NCBI GenBank assembly: GCA_964534625.1
Contig: CAZHRF010000002.1
Coordinates: 1-53,195, forward strand
DNA length: 53,195 nt
From: an uncultured archaeon
GTDB taxonomy: Archaea > Asgardarchaeota > Heimdallarchaeia > Heimdallarchaeales > Heimdallarchaeaceae
Direction: 5' to 3'
Under the pieces are notes generated by a model. The model saw nothing but the letters and a program-made list of their open reading frames with translations. It did no database searches and had not been told where the DNA came from. This document shows, piece by piece, positions 37,246 to 47,390 of the stretch. The position numbers were made by a program, and so were the translations under genes. Every line of letters starts with the position of its first letter. Position 1 is the stretch's first letter.

Positions 37246-38712
37246 TTACTTATTCAGTTTTTTTCTTGTTATGATTGAGAATGTGACAAGTGATATAAAA
37301 GAGACTAAAACAAAAGGAAATGATACTGGTGTATCTCTTGGTATTTCAGGTTCAACTAGTTCAATTGTAATTGAAGTAAAATAGGTGTTACCTGCCTTGT
37401 CATAAACAGTAAGTGTTATGATATGGAGACCATAATTTAAGAATTCAATTGTATGCTCTGAAACATTTGGTAAAACTTCGTATGTATTTCCTTCATCAGT
37501 TGAGATCTCAAATTTATCTATTCCACTAAAGTCATCAGTACCATTGAATACTACAGTTGCCTTTTTCTTGCTATTATATATCTTGAAATCGTCTCCCTCT
37601 TCATATCCTTTAATTTTTATTGACCCTTCAGGAAGAACTGTATCAATTCTTACTTTCTCTGTAATATTACCAACTGCTTCTTCAGCTGAGATTGTAACCG
37701 TTATGTTATACTCTCCATCTCCACTATCTGAATAGTCGTATGTGACTCTATGTTTGGATACGTTTGCTAGTGTCTGAACATTTCCATTTCCCCAATCTAC
37801 ATCAACTTGTGAGATATTGCCAGTTTTGGATGTTGCATTCCATTTAATTGAAACATTGTAATAATTGGTATATTTGGGAACCTCTAATTCAATTATTGGA
37901 TTTCCATCAATAATAGGAATCACGTAAGCTTTATTCTCATAGAAAAATCTCATCTCGGCTGTTTCATTATCATAATGTTTTATGAATGGAACAATTTCTA
38001 TCTCATCTCCAACATCCAATGAATGATTGAAACTAATGGATACGTTTTTAGGATCATCCCCAACTAAATTTTCTGAGATAGTTTTGTTTATAAATTCATT
38101 AGTTCCTTTTTCAGTGAATTTTCGATATTGAACCCCATATTCTGTGATATTATATCTATAGAGGGTAATATTCATGTTAATCTCATCAAATTGAGTATAG
38201 TACTCATCAAGAAAATATGCTTTTGTTCTTATACCTGTAGATATTATGTTTACAATTCCTAGGGCATCTTCATATTCGCCTAGCCATGCTCTAAAGAGAA
38301 TAAAATTAGATGATACATTCAATGTATAATTATAATATCCTCTACCATTATTCATCTCTTCTGTTTTAACTTGATCATAAGACATAATTACTGGAGTATC
38401 CCACGTCAAATTGAATCCGCCATCATCCCCATATAATCGAGGAACTGTTTCATTTGATCCTCCATCATAGGAATACCATATTGTGACGTTATTATATTTA
38501 CTTGTAAAAATAAGTGCACCTTGGAAATCTATATCATTTCTCTCAACGGCTAAACTACCGCCTTCAATCTCATTTACAAATTGAGGTCTTTTTACCGTTT
38601 GTTCTAAGTTAAAAGATTCTTTTTCATTATTATTCATTAAACTACTAACAGCTAAACAGTTAAAAACGATAGTTGCTATAATCAATGGGACAAATAAGTT
38701 TATTTTTTTCAC
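37246..38712 (-). CDS. secreted, C-terminally anchored surface protein with PKD/Ig-like domains
   Basis: N-terminal signal peptide, VDWGNG (PKD), DDFSGI...YDKAGN (Ig), C-terminal TP.SF + TM + RKK. Confidence 0.82.
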   Translation of the reverse strand: MKKINLFVPLIIATIVFNCLAVSSLMNNNEKESFNLEQTVKRPQFVNEIEGGSLAVERNDIDFQGALIFTSKYNNVTIWYSYDGGSNETVPRLYGDDGGFNLTWDTPVIMSYDQVKTEEMNNGRGYYNYTLNVSSNFILFRAWLGEYEDALGIVNIISTGIRTKAYFLDEYYTQFDEINMNITLYRYNITEYGVQYRKFTEKGTNEFINKTISENLVGDDPKNVSISFNHSLDVGDEIEIVPFIKHYDNETAEMRFFYENKAYVIPIIDGNPIIELEVPKYTNYYNVSIKWNATSKTGNISQVDVDWGNGNVQTLANVSKHRVTYDYSDSGDGEYNITVTISAEEAVGNITEKVRIDTVLPEGSIKIKGYEEGDDFKIYNSKKKATVVFNGTDDFSGIDKFEISTDEGNTYEVLPNVSEHTIEFLNYGLHIITLTVYDKAGNTYFTSITIELVEPEIPRDTPVSFPFVLVSFISLVTFSIITRKKLNK

Positions 38713-38808
38713 TCTACCACCGTCACCGTATTCTTTTCAAACTTGTGAGTTCCTCGTTATTTTTAAATGTTTTCGAACTCGTTATAAAAATAGGGGGTCG
38801 GGTATTCA

Positions 38809-40161
38809 TTACTTTTTGACTAAAACATCGTTTGTCTTAATTGTAGGCAATAAAAAACTGTATGGAGTATGGGTTGGTCTGATTACTTTTGTCTCTTTTG
38901 AAAAAAGTGGATTGTTTGATAATATTGTAAAAATGTTTCCTTGAATATCAAATGTAGGAAGGAGACCTTGTATCTGTCCATCTTTTACTAAATATGATTC
39001 AAGTGAAACGACTTTAAACAAACCATTTTTATAATCTGAAGCCATTTGACCTTGAATAGACTGGATGTAGATACTTTCACTATCTTCAGTAAATAATTCA
39101 TCAAGATTATCTTTACCCTTTTGAATCAGAATATTTGATGGATTAACTGAAGGATAAGCTTGATATGTACGTGGAAAGCGTTCAAACATTTTAACTCTAA
39201 ATGAGTTTCCTGTTAGTTCTTCTCCTTTTTTTGCATATTGTACATTGTTTAAATGACCTACACATGTGCCTTTCTCAATTAATCTTGTTTCTGACTGTTG
39301 TACTCCTTCATCATCAAAAGCTGTAGAGTTGGGAAGACCTGGAATTGTACCATCATCTATTATCGTAAGATTATCTGCAAAGGAAATATCTTTAATATTC
39401 TCTATATTTTGGCTAGAAAAATTGGGAATAAATGCAAAAGAAAGTATGTCGGCAAATGCTTGTTGAGAAAAAATTACAGCGGGGTTTTCATGAAAGACCT
39501 TTGATTTTATTGAGGCACGTTGAATTGTATCCGAAATAAGTTGTTCGACGATTTTGTCAATTGATAAAGGAATCTTTCTTGTTGTAAGATTTTTTTCAGA
39601 AGTTGCGATCATACTAGCCCCCCTATAAAGTGCTCTTAAATTTAGATCAAACCAAGTTGCCTTTTCAAAAGCAAGTTTTCTGGAAGAGTTTGCTATCAGT
39701 CTTTTCTCTGAGGTTAATAATACTGTTCCATCAAGAATGGCCTCTTTGTTTTCCATATCTTTTTCCACTATTATTCTTGAAATATCAAAAAGAGCTTCTT
39801 CTTTTAACTCTGCTATTTGTTTATCAAAAATATTAGAAACAGGATACGTTGGATTTATATCATGAAATTCAAATTTATTAGTTTTAAAGGGAAAACGTAC
39901 GAAATTAGTAATATCTTTGATTTCATTTATTATATTAGCCAATGGATAACAGGCAAAATATAGGTTATTATTATCAAAAAATCTTATGGCACATCCTGTA
40001 CGATGAACTTTTTGTAGAATTTTGGGTACTCGAAATTCTGTCCCACCTTGCATTTGGCTTAATACTTGTATGAACACTTCCGATTCTTTGTAATTGTATT
40101 CTTTTTCTAGGATATTAAATACTTTAGTTGCTATGTTTTTTAATTCATTGTCGTCATACAT
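38809..40161 (-). CDS. TldE/PmbA family protein
   Basis: TIIDDGT...FDDEGV...LIEKG, TGNS, PSN; lacks HExxxH; 1 bp downstream of tldD. Confidence 0.88.
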   Translation of the reverse strand: MYDDNELKNIATKVFNILEKEYNYKESEVFIQVLSQMQGGTEFRVPKILQKVHRTGCAIRFFDNNNLYFACYPLANIINEIKDITNFVRFPFKTNKFEFHDINPTYPVSNIFDKQIAELKEEALFDISRIIVEKDMENKEAILDGTVLLTSEKRLIANSSRKLAFEKATWFDLNLRALYRGASMIATSEKNLTTRKIPLSIDKIVEQLISDTIQRASIKSKVFHENPAVIFSQQAFADILSFAFIPNFSSQNIENIKDISFADNLTIIDDGTIPGLPNSTAFDDEGVQQSETRLIEKGTCVGHLNNVQYAKKGEELTGNSFRVKMFERFPRTYQAYPSVNPSNILIQKGKDNLDELFTEDSESIYIQSIQGQMASDYKNGLFKVVSLESYLVKDGQIQGLLPTFDIQGNIFTILSNNPLFSKETKVIRPTHTPYSFLLPTIKTNDVLVKK

Positions 40162-40162
40162 T

Positions 40163-41533
40163 TTAACTCACTCTAATATCTGAAATAGAAATCTTTGGAG
40201 ATATTGATCCTAAGTATATCCGTTGATGATTCTTAACACAACTTGCTGGTTGGGTATAAATTTTTTTACCAATTCCTGAAATATTTGACAAGGTTTTCAT
40301 CATTTGCCCCCCTATTTGAAAACCATATAGATAATCCCCAAGCTCACCGTCTCTAATTTCTCTCCCATATTGTGCATTCAAATTGTAATACCCGGTTTGT
40401 GGTTCTGATGAGCCACTCAAACCATCCCCGATAAATATACCGTTCTTAACATCTTCTATTAGTTCCTCATCTGTGTAATCTCTGGGTTCAATGAAGATAT
40501 TACTCATTCGAACTTGAGGAAGTGAATCAAAAAGATGGGCTTTATAATTACCTGTAGATAAACCCCCCATCGCTGCAGCTGTTTTTCTACTATGAAGAAA
40601 ATCAGTGAGAATACCTTCTTCAAGCAACAATGTGCCTTTTCCTTTTACACCTTCTGAATCAAACTCATAATAACCCACAGTGTGTATATATGGATCATCA
40701 ATAACACTAATTATAGGTGGGGCGATTTTCATCCCTAATAGTCCAGCAGTAAATGATTTTCCGGCTAAAACATTATCAGCTTCTAGACTATGGCCTAGTA
40801 CTTCATGAATCAATGTCCAAGTGATATCTTCACTCATTACAGTTTTGTAATTGCCAGCCTTTACCATTTTGGAATTTTTAAAATTTTGCGCTATATCAAT
40901 TAATTTATCAAATTGCGTAAAATTTCGAAAGGGCACAACTTCAAGACCTCCAAGACCCCCAAAATTTTGATAATAACGTACCCTTTGTCCATTCTTTTCA
41001 GAGCTAGCTGTTACTGTAAGAATGGTATAAGGATACTCTTGATATACTCTAGACTCCTCAGAATTACAGAATAATTCTGACCAATTAATGTGTCGTAAAT
41101 CTATTTCCAAGACAACATCGTTTGGAATATTCGATTTAATGTAATTATGAACAGAAGAAATAAGTGATTCAAGATCTTCTTTGTCTAAATCTTTCCAATT
41201 TTCTTTAGGCTTTTCGGTAACAGAGGTATTCGTAACTGCAGCCTCAGCAAGGGTTGAATTACCTTTTTTCCAACTAGCAACAATATCAGATGATTTGACT
41301 ATACTTTTAATCTGATTCTTTGCATTATTAATGGAGGGAAATGATAAAAAACTTATTATTCCATTAACTAATAGTCTCATACCATATCCAGCGTTTATGC
41401 AATTATTTTCGCTAATTATTTCGCCATTGAGAACTTGAATATTTTTCTCTTCAATCCTTCCATAACGAATATCAGTATAATCAACATTCTTTTCACTTGT
41501 TAATTGGAAAAGTTTGGCGATAGTTTCGGGTAT
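40163..41533 (-). CDS. tldD: TldD family metalloprotease (extended to an apparent ATA start)
   Basis: HEVLGH, FDSEGV, RMSNIFI, C-terminal Cys. The frame stays open 51 codons upstream of ATG 41380 (IPETIAKL...VDYTDIRY...VLNG...GYGMR) to ATA at 41533, with GGAGGT 7 nt upstream. Confidence 0.88.
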   Translation of the reverse strand: MPETIAKLFQLTSEKNVDYTDIRYGRIEEKNIQVLNGEIISENNCINAGYGMRLLVNGIISFLSFPSINNAKNQIKSIVKSSDIVASWKKGNSTLAEAAVTNTSVTEKPKENWKDLDKEDLESLISSVHNYIKSNIPNDVVLEIDLRHINWSELFCNSEESRVYQEYPYTILTVTASSEKNGQRVRYYQNFGGLGGLEVVPFRNFTQFDKLIDIAQNFKNSKMVKAGNYKTVMSEDITWTLIHEVLGHSLEADNVLAGKSFTAGLLGMKIAPPIISVIDDPYIHTVGYYEFDSEGVKGKGTLLLEEGILTDFLHSRKTAAAMGGLSTGNYKAHLFDSLPQVRMSNIFIEPRDYTDEELIEDVKNGIFIGDGLSGSSEPQTGYYNLNAQYGREIRDGELGDYLYGFQIGGQMMKTLSNISGIGKKIYTQPASCVKNHQRIYLGSISPKISISDIRVS

Positions 41534-41634
41534 CTTCTAAACCTCCGTATCTTGGAGTATAAATATATACAACTATATATATCTAACTTTATTTGAAAGG
41601 AATTTATTATGTCATACAAAAACAGAAAACTTAT

Positions 41635-41656
41635 AGAGAGAGAGAGAGAGAGAGAG
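41635..41656 (+). repeat. (AG)11 microsatellite
   Basis: Perfect AG x11 followed by AAGAGAGA, 14 bp upstream of ATG 41671. Confidence 0.95.
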
Positions 41657-41670
41657 AAGAGAGACTTTTA

Positions 41671-42354
41671 ATGAATTTTGTAATAATATGCGATTTTGAT
41701 GGAACGATAACCAAAATGGACACGGGACAAGCGCTTCTAAATGAACTAGCAGATGGAGATTGGAAAAAATATGATGAATTGGTTATCAAAGGAGAAATAG
41801 GCACACGGCAAGCATTGATTAAACAATATGGTCTTGTTGCAACTACAGAGGAAGAATATACTACAATTGTTCAATCAATAAAAGTGGATGAAACATTTAT
41901 CGGTTTCTTCGATTGGATCAAGAAAAAAGAAATATCATTTTATGTAATATCAGATGGTTTTCAAAGTTATATTGAAAAGATATTTAGGAACCATGGTATT
42001 GATCCAACAGAAATAACTATCCTATCCAATGAAATGGAAATAAAAGATAATAAAATTGAATTAAAATTCAATACAGAACCTTGCGAACATGGTTGTGCAA
42101 ATTGTAAAATATCTCATGTGAAAAAGTTGAAGGAGAGATATGATAAAGTGATATATATAGGCGATGGATTATCTGATATTTTACCCGCAAAAAAATGTGC
42201 AGATATAATTTTTGCAAGAAAAAATAAGGATTTATCCCATGTTTTAGAAGGAGATAAGCGTTTGATAAATTTTTCTAATTTCAACGAAATAAAGAGAGAA
42301 ATCATGAACTACCCCACCCTCAAGGACGGGGTTTTCAAGAAGACGTTCAAATAA
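41671..42354 (+). CDS. MtnX-like HAD-IB phosphatase
   Basis: CDFDGTIT, VISDG, C..GCANCK, YIGDGLSD; real start most likely ATG 41671. Confidence 0.88.
   Translation: MNFVIICDFDGTITKMDTGQALLNELADGDWKKYDELVIKGEIGTRQALIKQYGLVATTEEEYTTIVQSIKVDETFIGFFDWIKKKEISFYVISDGFQSYIEKIFRNHGIDPTEITILSNEMEIKDNKIELKFNTEPCEHGCANCKISHVKKLKERYDKVIYIGDGLSDILPAKKCADIIFARKNKDLSHVLEGDKRLINFSNFNEIKREIMNYPTLKDGVFKKTFK
42304..42336 (-). mobile_element. IS200/IS605-family end remnant (subterminal hairpin)
   Basis: Minus strand GAAAACCCCGTCCTTGAGGGTGGGGTAGTTCAT: GC-rich hairpin plus TAGTTCAT, resembling IS605/IS1341-type ends; no tnpA/tnpB nearby. Confidence 0.65.
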
Positions 42355-42366
42355 AAAACATTGTAT

Positions 42367-43014
42367 CTAGTATTTATTCTGTTCTACTTGTACAAATGGA
42401 TTATTCTTTTTCTCGTTCCCAATAGTTGTAAGTGGTCCATGTCCGGGATAAATTATAGTATGATCAGATAACATATATAGTTTTTTTATTGTTTTTTCTA
42501 GTTGCTTTGAATTACCTTTATATAAATCCGTTCGTCCTATGCCTAATTGAAATAGAACATCTCCACAAAAAAGCGAATCGGCTGTACGGAAACTTATACT
42601 GCCTGGAGAATGACCGGGTGTAGCTATTGTTGTAATTTCTTTGTTTCCAATGGAATATATTTGATTATCTTCTAAAAAGATATCAGGGTCAACAAAGTCT
42701 TTCTCATAATCAAATCCAAACATTTTTGCAACCTGACCCATATTGTTAATTACATCTAATTCTATTTTAGATATGGCTACAAGGGTTTTAGGAAACCTTT
42801 TCTTTATTTCTTTTACGCCCATAATATGATCAAAATGGCCATGTGTCAAGAAAACATATTTGAGCATAAGTTTATTCTCTGTGATATAATTGTATAGTGA
42901 TTCATCAGAGTCAGGACAATCGATTAGAACTGCTTCATTACTTTCATCGTGTACCAAATAACAATTTGTCTCAAGCGGTCCTAACGCCATATGTTTGATT
43001 TTAAAATTTGGCAT
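42367..43014 (-). CDS. MBL-fold metallo-hydrolase (glyoxalase II-like)
   Basis: TNCY, THGHFDH, TPGHSPGS, GDVLF..GIGRTDL, PGHG. Confidence 0.93.
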   Translation of the reverse strand: MPNFKIKHMALGPLETNCYLVHDESNEAVLIDCPDSDESLYNYITENKLMLKYVFLTHGHFDHIMGVKEIKKRFPKTLVAISKIELDVINNMGQVAKMFGFDYEKDFVDPDIFLEDNQIYSIGNKEITTIATPGHSPGSISFRTADSLFCGDVLFQLGIGRTDLYKGNSKQLEKTIKKLYMLSDHTIIYPGHGPLTTIGNEKKNNPFVQVEQNKY

Positions 43015-43125
43015 GTTTTCATAGATATATTGCTAGTATATAAATTGAATGTACAGCACCAACGATTAACATTTGTTCTACTTAGGGGACTTATTACTGA
43101 AGAAATGCTTGATCAGTTGGGAAAC

Positions 43126-44043
43126 TCACCTATTTTTAATGAGTTTTTTAAGTGATCTTTTTGCAGCTTTTAGTATATATTGGTTTTCTTCTGATTTAAT
43201 CAAATTGCTTAAGGGCGGAATGGCTGATTTATCATTCATTTCACCCAAAACACTTGCTACATACATTCTGGTTCTCCAATCTTCTGCATTTAAAGCTAAG
43301 ATTAGCAATTCTAAGGCTTTAGGATTGCGTGTGTTAGCAAGAGCCTTTGCAGCATTTTCTTTAACATGTTGATTGGGATCTTGCATTAATATGTCAAAGA
43401 GTGGCTGGATAACTCTTTCACTTTTTATTTTTCCCAATGTTTCACAAATATTTATACGAACTTCAACATTGTCGTCTTCTACAAAATATAAGAGCGGTAT
43501 AATTGCTTGCTCTCCAATATTGGGAATATCTTTCCACTTTCCTCGTGCGATTAAAGAACATGTTTCCTCAAGTGGATTAGTTGGTTCCCATCCTAATTCT
43601 TTTAAGACTAATGCCCCCTCGTTTCTAACAATTGAATTGCTATCTTTTAAAGCTTCAATAAGAACCGAAATTGTCTCAAAAGAACCCATCTCACCTATTG
43701 CTCTAATCGCGTACTTACGTACTTCTGCGTTAGGGTCTTCCAATGCATTAATAAGGAAGGGTATGCTTCGTTCAGAACCAATTTTACCTAGTGCCCAACA
43801 AATGCGTGCCCTAACAGTTGGGTCAGATTCTTTTGTTAATAATAAATTAAGTTTAGGAACTAGTTTTGATCGTTTACTATTGTCAACGATAGTATTTATA
43901 GTGAAAATTTTCACAAAAGGGTCTTCGTTCTTGAGTGATTCTTCTAATTGTTCAATGTTGTCTTCTTCAATGAAAGGTTTGCCATCACGTTTAAACAAAA
44001 TATTTCCACCTTTAAAAAAGATAATCATCTTTTTTATTAACAT
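43126..44043 (-). CDS. HEAT/PBS-lyase repeat protein
   Basis: Multiple VR..A..ALG.IG...IP.LI.AL.D repeats. Confidence 0.9.
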   Translation of the reverse strand: MLIKKMIIFFKGGNILFKRDGKPFIEEDNIEQLEESLKNEDPFVKIFTINTIVDNSKRSKLVPKLNLLLTKESDPTVRARICWALGKIGSERSIPFLINALEDPNAEVRKYAIRAIGEMGSFETISVLIEALKDSNSIVRNEGALVLKELGWEPTNPLEETCSLIARGKWKDIPNIGEQAIIPLLYFVEDDNVEVRINICETLGKIKSERVIQPLFDILMQDPNQHVKENAAKALANTRNPKALELLILALNAEDWRTRMYVASVLGEMNDKSAIPPLSNLIKSEENQYILKAAKRSLKKLIKNR

Positions 44044-44150
44044 TAAACCTCTAATATAATAATCTTATTGGTCTTTTTGGTCTATAACAAATTTTAAAAA
44101 TTTTAATAATCATTTTTTTATTATTCTAATTAAATCTAGAGGAAATAAAA

Positions 44151-45506
44151 ATGACTGAAGAAAAGCAATTTACAAAAGAAGAATTACTTGCTAAAGCTGA
44201 AAAACCAGCTCAAGAAGCTATGAAATTACATCCGTATTATGAGGGAAAGATACAAACTGTTCCTAAATGTTCAATTTGGGGGTTTGATGCTTTTAGTGTT
44301 TGGTACACTCCTGGTGTAGCTGCTCCTTGTAAAGCTATTAATAAAAATAAAGAAGAAGTTTTCAAATATACCAACAAGGGTAATACAGTTGCCATTGTTA
44401 CAGATGGCACTCGAGTTTTGGGTCTTGGTGATATTGGACCTGAAGCTGCACTCCCTGTAATGGAGGGAAAGGCTCTTCTTTTTAAGTATTTAGGTGGGGT
44501 GGATGCTGTTCCTATCTGTTTAGATACTAAAGATCCCGATAAACTCATTCAAACAGTTAAGTACTTATCTCCATCATTTGGAGGTATAAATCTTGAAGAT
44601 ATATCTAAACCAAAATGTTACAAAGTACTAGAAACTCTAAGAAAAGAGTTAAATATTCCTGTATGGCATGATGATGCTCAAGGTACTGCAGCCATAATAA
44701 CTGCCGGGGTATTTGGGGCATTAAAATATGTGGGAAAAGAGTTTGATCAAATTAAAATCGCCATATTAGGGGTAGGGGCGGCAAACACTCGTACTGCTTA
44801 TGTTTTGAACACTGCTGGGATGGATTTAAAAAACATAATAATGTGTGATTCTACTGGTATCTTAACTTCTGATAGAGCTGATATAGTCGAAAAAAAAGAT
44901 TATGATCCCTTTAAATATGATTTGGCACAAAAAACAAATGTGGAAGGCATTACTGGAGATTTTGGAGAAGCCATGAAAGGTGCTGATGTTATGATATCAG
45001 CAGCCACACCTGAACCTGGAACTGTTAAAAAAGAATGGGTTTCTACTATGGCTGAAGACCCTATAGTATTTGCATGCGCAAATCCTTTACCTGAAATCTG
45101 GCCTTGGGATGCTAAGGCCGCAGGTGCTAAAATTATTGGAACAGGAAGAAGTGATTTCCCTAATCAAGTGAACAACAGTTTGGTTTTTCCTGCAATATTT
45201 AGAGGAGCACTTGATGTAAGTGCAAAAACTATTACAGACGAAATGTGTGTTACCGCAGCTAAGTCTCTAGCTGATTATGCTGAAGAAAAAGGATTAACAG
45301 CAGAATATGTGATACCAAAAATGTCAGATCCTAAAGTATTTATTAAAGAAGCTACGAGTGTAGCCCTTAAAGCCATTGATCAAGGTATTGCCCGTAGAGA
45401 GTTTGAAGAAGAGGAACTCTATAAAATGGCAGAAAAACGTATTAGACATGCACGTTCTATGACTAATAGTTTGATGGAAGAAGGCTTTATCAAACCAAAA
45501 ATATGA
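44151..45506 (+). CDS. NAD(P)-dependent malic enzyme
   Basis: [54 protein letters not shown]. Confidence 0.96.
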   Translation: MTEEKQFTKEELLAKAEKPAQEAMKLHPYYEGKIQTVPKCSIWGFDAFSVWYTPGVAAPCKAINKNKEEVFKYTNKGNTVAIVTDGTRVLGLGDIGPEAALPVMEGKALLFKYLGGVDAVPICLDTKDPDKLIQTVKYLSPSFGGINLEDISKPKCYKVLETLRKELNIPVWHDDAQGTAAIITAGVFGALKYVGKEFDQIKIAILGVGAANTRTAYVLNTAGMDLKNIIMCDSTGILTSDRADIVEKKDYDPFKYDLAQKTNVEGITGDFGEAMKGADVMISAATPEPGTVKKEWVSTMAEDPIVFACANPLPEIWPWDAKAAGAKIIGTGRSDFPNQVNNSLVFPAIFRGALDVSAKTITDEMCVTAAKSLADYAEEKGLTAEYVIPKMSDPKVFIKEATSVALKAIDQGIARREFEEEELYKMAEKRIRHARSMTNSLMEEGFIKPKI

Positions 45507-45532
45507 TAACACTATTTATCATCTATTTTTTT

Positions 45533-45628
45533 CATGAACCTTAGAATTATCTTAGTTATTAAATATCCCCATCTAAGTAGGATTTAATGAATGAAAAATG
45601 TATACGGAGCTGAACTTAGAAGTTCATG
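45533..45628 (+). mobile_element. ~100-bp dispersed double-palindrome element, copy 4
   Basis: Ends CATGAAC-CTTAGA-ATTATC and GCTGAAC-TTAGAA-GTTCATG, flanked by T7/T6; interior aligns with 12044-12149. Confidence 0.7.
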
Positions 45629-45696
45629 TTTTTTAAAATAAATTAACAACAGACAAATTTTAAGTAGTAGTAATTTTTGTTTGTAAATGATTAACT

Positions 45697-47283
45697 GTGA
45701 CAAATAGATACAAAAATTGGCCTAAAAATATAAAAAGAAACCTAGAGTATCCCGATCAATCTCTATATTCATTCTTTAATGACATTGTAGAAAATAACGC
45801 TCAAAAAATAGCAATAATAGAAGGGACAAAAGAATACACCTACACTATTTTAAGAGAACATAGCAACAAATTAGCCAAATTTTTCAAAGAATCTGGTTTA
45901 GTACAAAATGATAGTGTCAGTATATGTTTACCAAATACTGTATGGATGGTTGTCTCAATTTTTGCATCTTTTCAAATAGGTGCAAAAGTGACTTTAATCA
46001 ATCCTCGCCTTTCATCGCGTGAGGTTTTATTTCAAGTCAATAATTCAGGATCAAAAGTATTGATAACTTCACCTTCATTATGTAATAAAATCGGTACATT
46101 GGATGAAAAATATAATTTTATGCTGAAAATTGTTACACCCAAAATTATTACTAATGGGAAACAAGAAGATTGCGTGTCTGATTATATTCTGCTTGAAAGT
46201 ATACTAGATAAAGAAGAGAAATATACAAAAGATCTTTCTAACTCACAATCTCCTGCATTCTTATTTTATACTGGAGGAACAACTGGTGTTCCTAAAGCAG
46301 TAGTTTTAACACATCAAAATGTCTTAGCTAATGCTATACAGTTTCATTCATGGTTAACTCAGTCTGCACTTACTATTAAAGATAAAACATTAGCGATTTT
46401 ACCTCTGAGCCACAGTTTTGGTCTTCAATGTTCATTATTGTCTCAATTAATCGCTGTTAGAAAAATTATTATGGTGCCTTCTTTTATTCCAACAAAAATA
46501 ATTGAAGTCATAAAAAAAGAAGGAGTAGGATATTTTGCTGCTGTACCTACAATGTATATTGCTCTCTTAAATACAAGTTTTAATGAAAATGATTTTTCTT
46601 CGGTAAAGGTTTGTATTTCTGGAGGTGCAGCATTACCTAAAGAAGTTTTTAATAATTTCAAAGAAAAAACAGGTTTAACAATTACCGAAGGATATGGTTT
46701 AACGGAGTGTAGTCCTGTAACACATGTAAATATAATTAACAAACCAGTAGTTGGTTCAATAGGTTATCCTTTGCCTGATACAGACTGTAAAATAATAAGC
46801 ACTGAAACAGGTGTTGTCCTACCAAATGGGGAAATAGGAGAGCTGATCATAAAAGGTCCTCAAGTTATGAAAGGCTATTATAAAAAGAGTATGGAAACCA
46901 TGAAAGTTTTTACAGATGATGGGTGGCTAAAAACCGGAGACATTGCACTAATTGACGATGATGGATATACCTATATTAAGGATAGATTAAAAGATGTGAT
47001 AAATTCAGGTGGTTTTAAAGTATATCCTTCAGAAGTAGAAAATATTTTACAGAGTCATGATGCAATTAAAATGGTTGCAATTAAGGGGGTGGCTGATGAT
47101 TATTTCGGAGAGACAGTAAAGGCTTATATCGTGAAAAATAAAAACCAAAATATTTCTTATGAAGATATAAAGGAATATTGCAAAGATAAATTAGCATCAT
47201 ATAAAATCCCTAAAAAAGTAGCCTTCGTTGATTCACTCCCAATTAGTGCAGCTGGTAAAATATTAAGAAAGGATCTAGATTAA
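45697..47283 (+). CDS. long-chain fatty acid--CoA ligase (AMP-binding family)
   Basis: YTGGTTGVPK, EGYGLTE, TGD, DRLKD, GKILRK. Confidence 0.93.
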   Translation: MTNRYKNWPKNIKRNLEYPDQSLYSFFNDIVENNAQKIAIIEGTKEYTYTILREHSNKLAKFFKESGLVQNDSVSICLPNTVWMVVSIFASFQIGAKVTLINPRLSSREVLFQVNNSGSKVLITSPSLCNKIGTLDEKYNFMLKIVTPKIITNGKQEDCVSDYILLESILDKEEKYTKDLSNSQSPAFLFYTGGTTGVPKAVVLTHQNVLANAIQFHSWLTQSALTIKDKTLAILPLSHSFGLQCSLLSQLIAVRKIIMVPSFIPTKIIEVIKKEGVGYFAAVPTMYIALLNTSFNENDFSSVKVCISGGAALPKEVFNNFKEKTGLTITEGYGLTECSPVTHVNIINKPVVGSIGYPLPDTDCKIISTETGVVLPNGEIGELIIKGPQVMKGYYKKSMETMKVFTDDGWLKTGDIALIDDDGYTYIKDRLKDVINSGGFKVYPSEVENILQSHDAIKMVAIKGVADDYFGETVKAYIVKNKNQNISYEDIKEYCKDKLASYKIPKKVAFVDSLPISAAGKILRKDLD

Positions 47284-47390
47284 AACTCGTTAAATGTTTT
47301 GTGAAAGCAAAATCTTGATAAAAGAACAAATAAAGGTTGGTTATACGTTGGCATTAACGTGTAAATAATAACCTATTTATTTGGGGATCT

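Noticed and set aside
38809-40161. Loss of HExxxH in the second Tld gene as a novel pseudoenzyme
   Set aside because: TldE/PmbA is the normally non-catalytic partner of TldD.
41593-41670. N-terminal REREREREER extension of the HAD ORF
   Set aside because: It is just translation of the AG microsatellite; the HAD motif begins right after ATG 41671.
43373-44059. 228-aa + strand ORF, and other antisense ORFs such as 12350..12769, 19487..19993, 35084..35602, 52318..52668, 52771..53073
   Set aside because: They are shadows of well-supported genes on the opposite strand, with Ser/Ile/Phe-rich composition and no motifs.
4798-45628. CRISPR or integron attC interpretation of the 100-bp repeats
   Set aside because: Copies are kilobases apart in both orientations, interiors are homologous rather than unique spacers, they lack RYYYAAC/GTTRRRY ends, and no cas or integrase gene is present.
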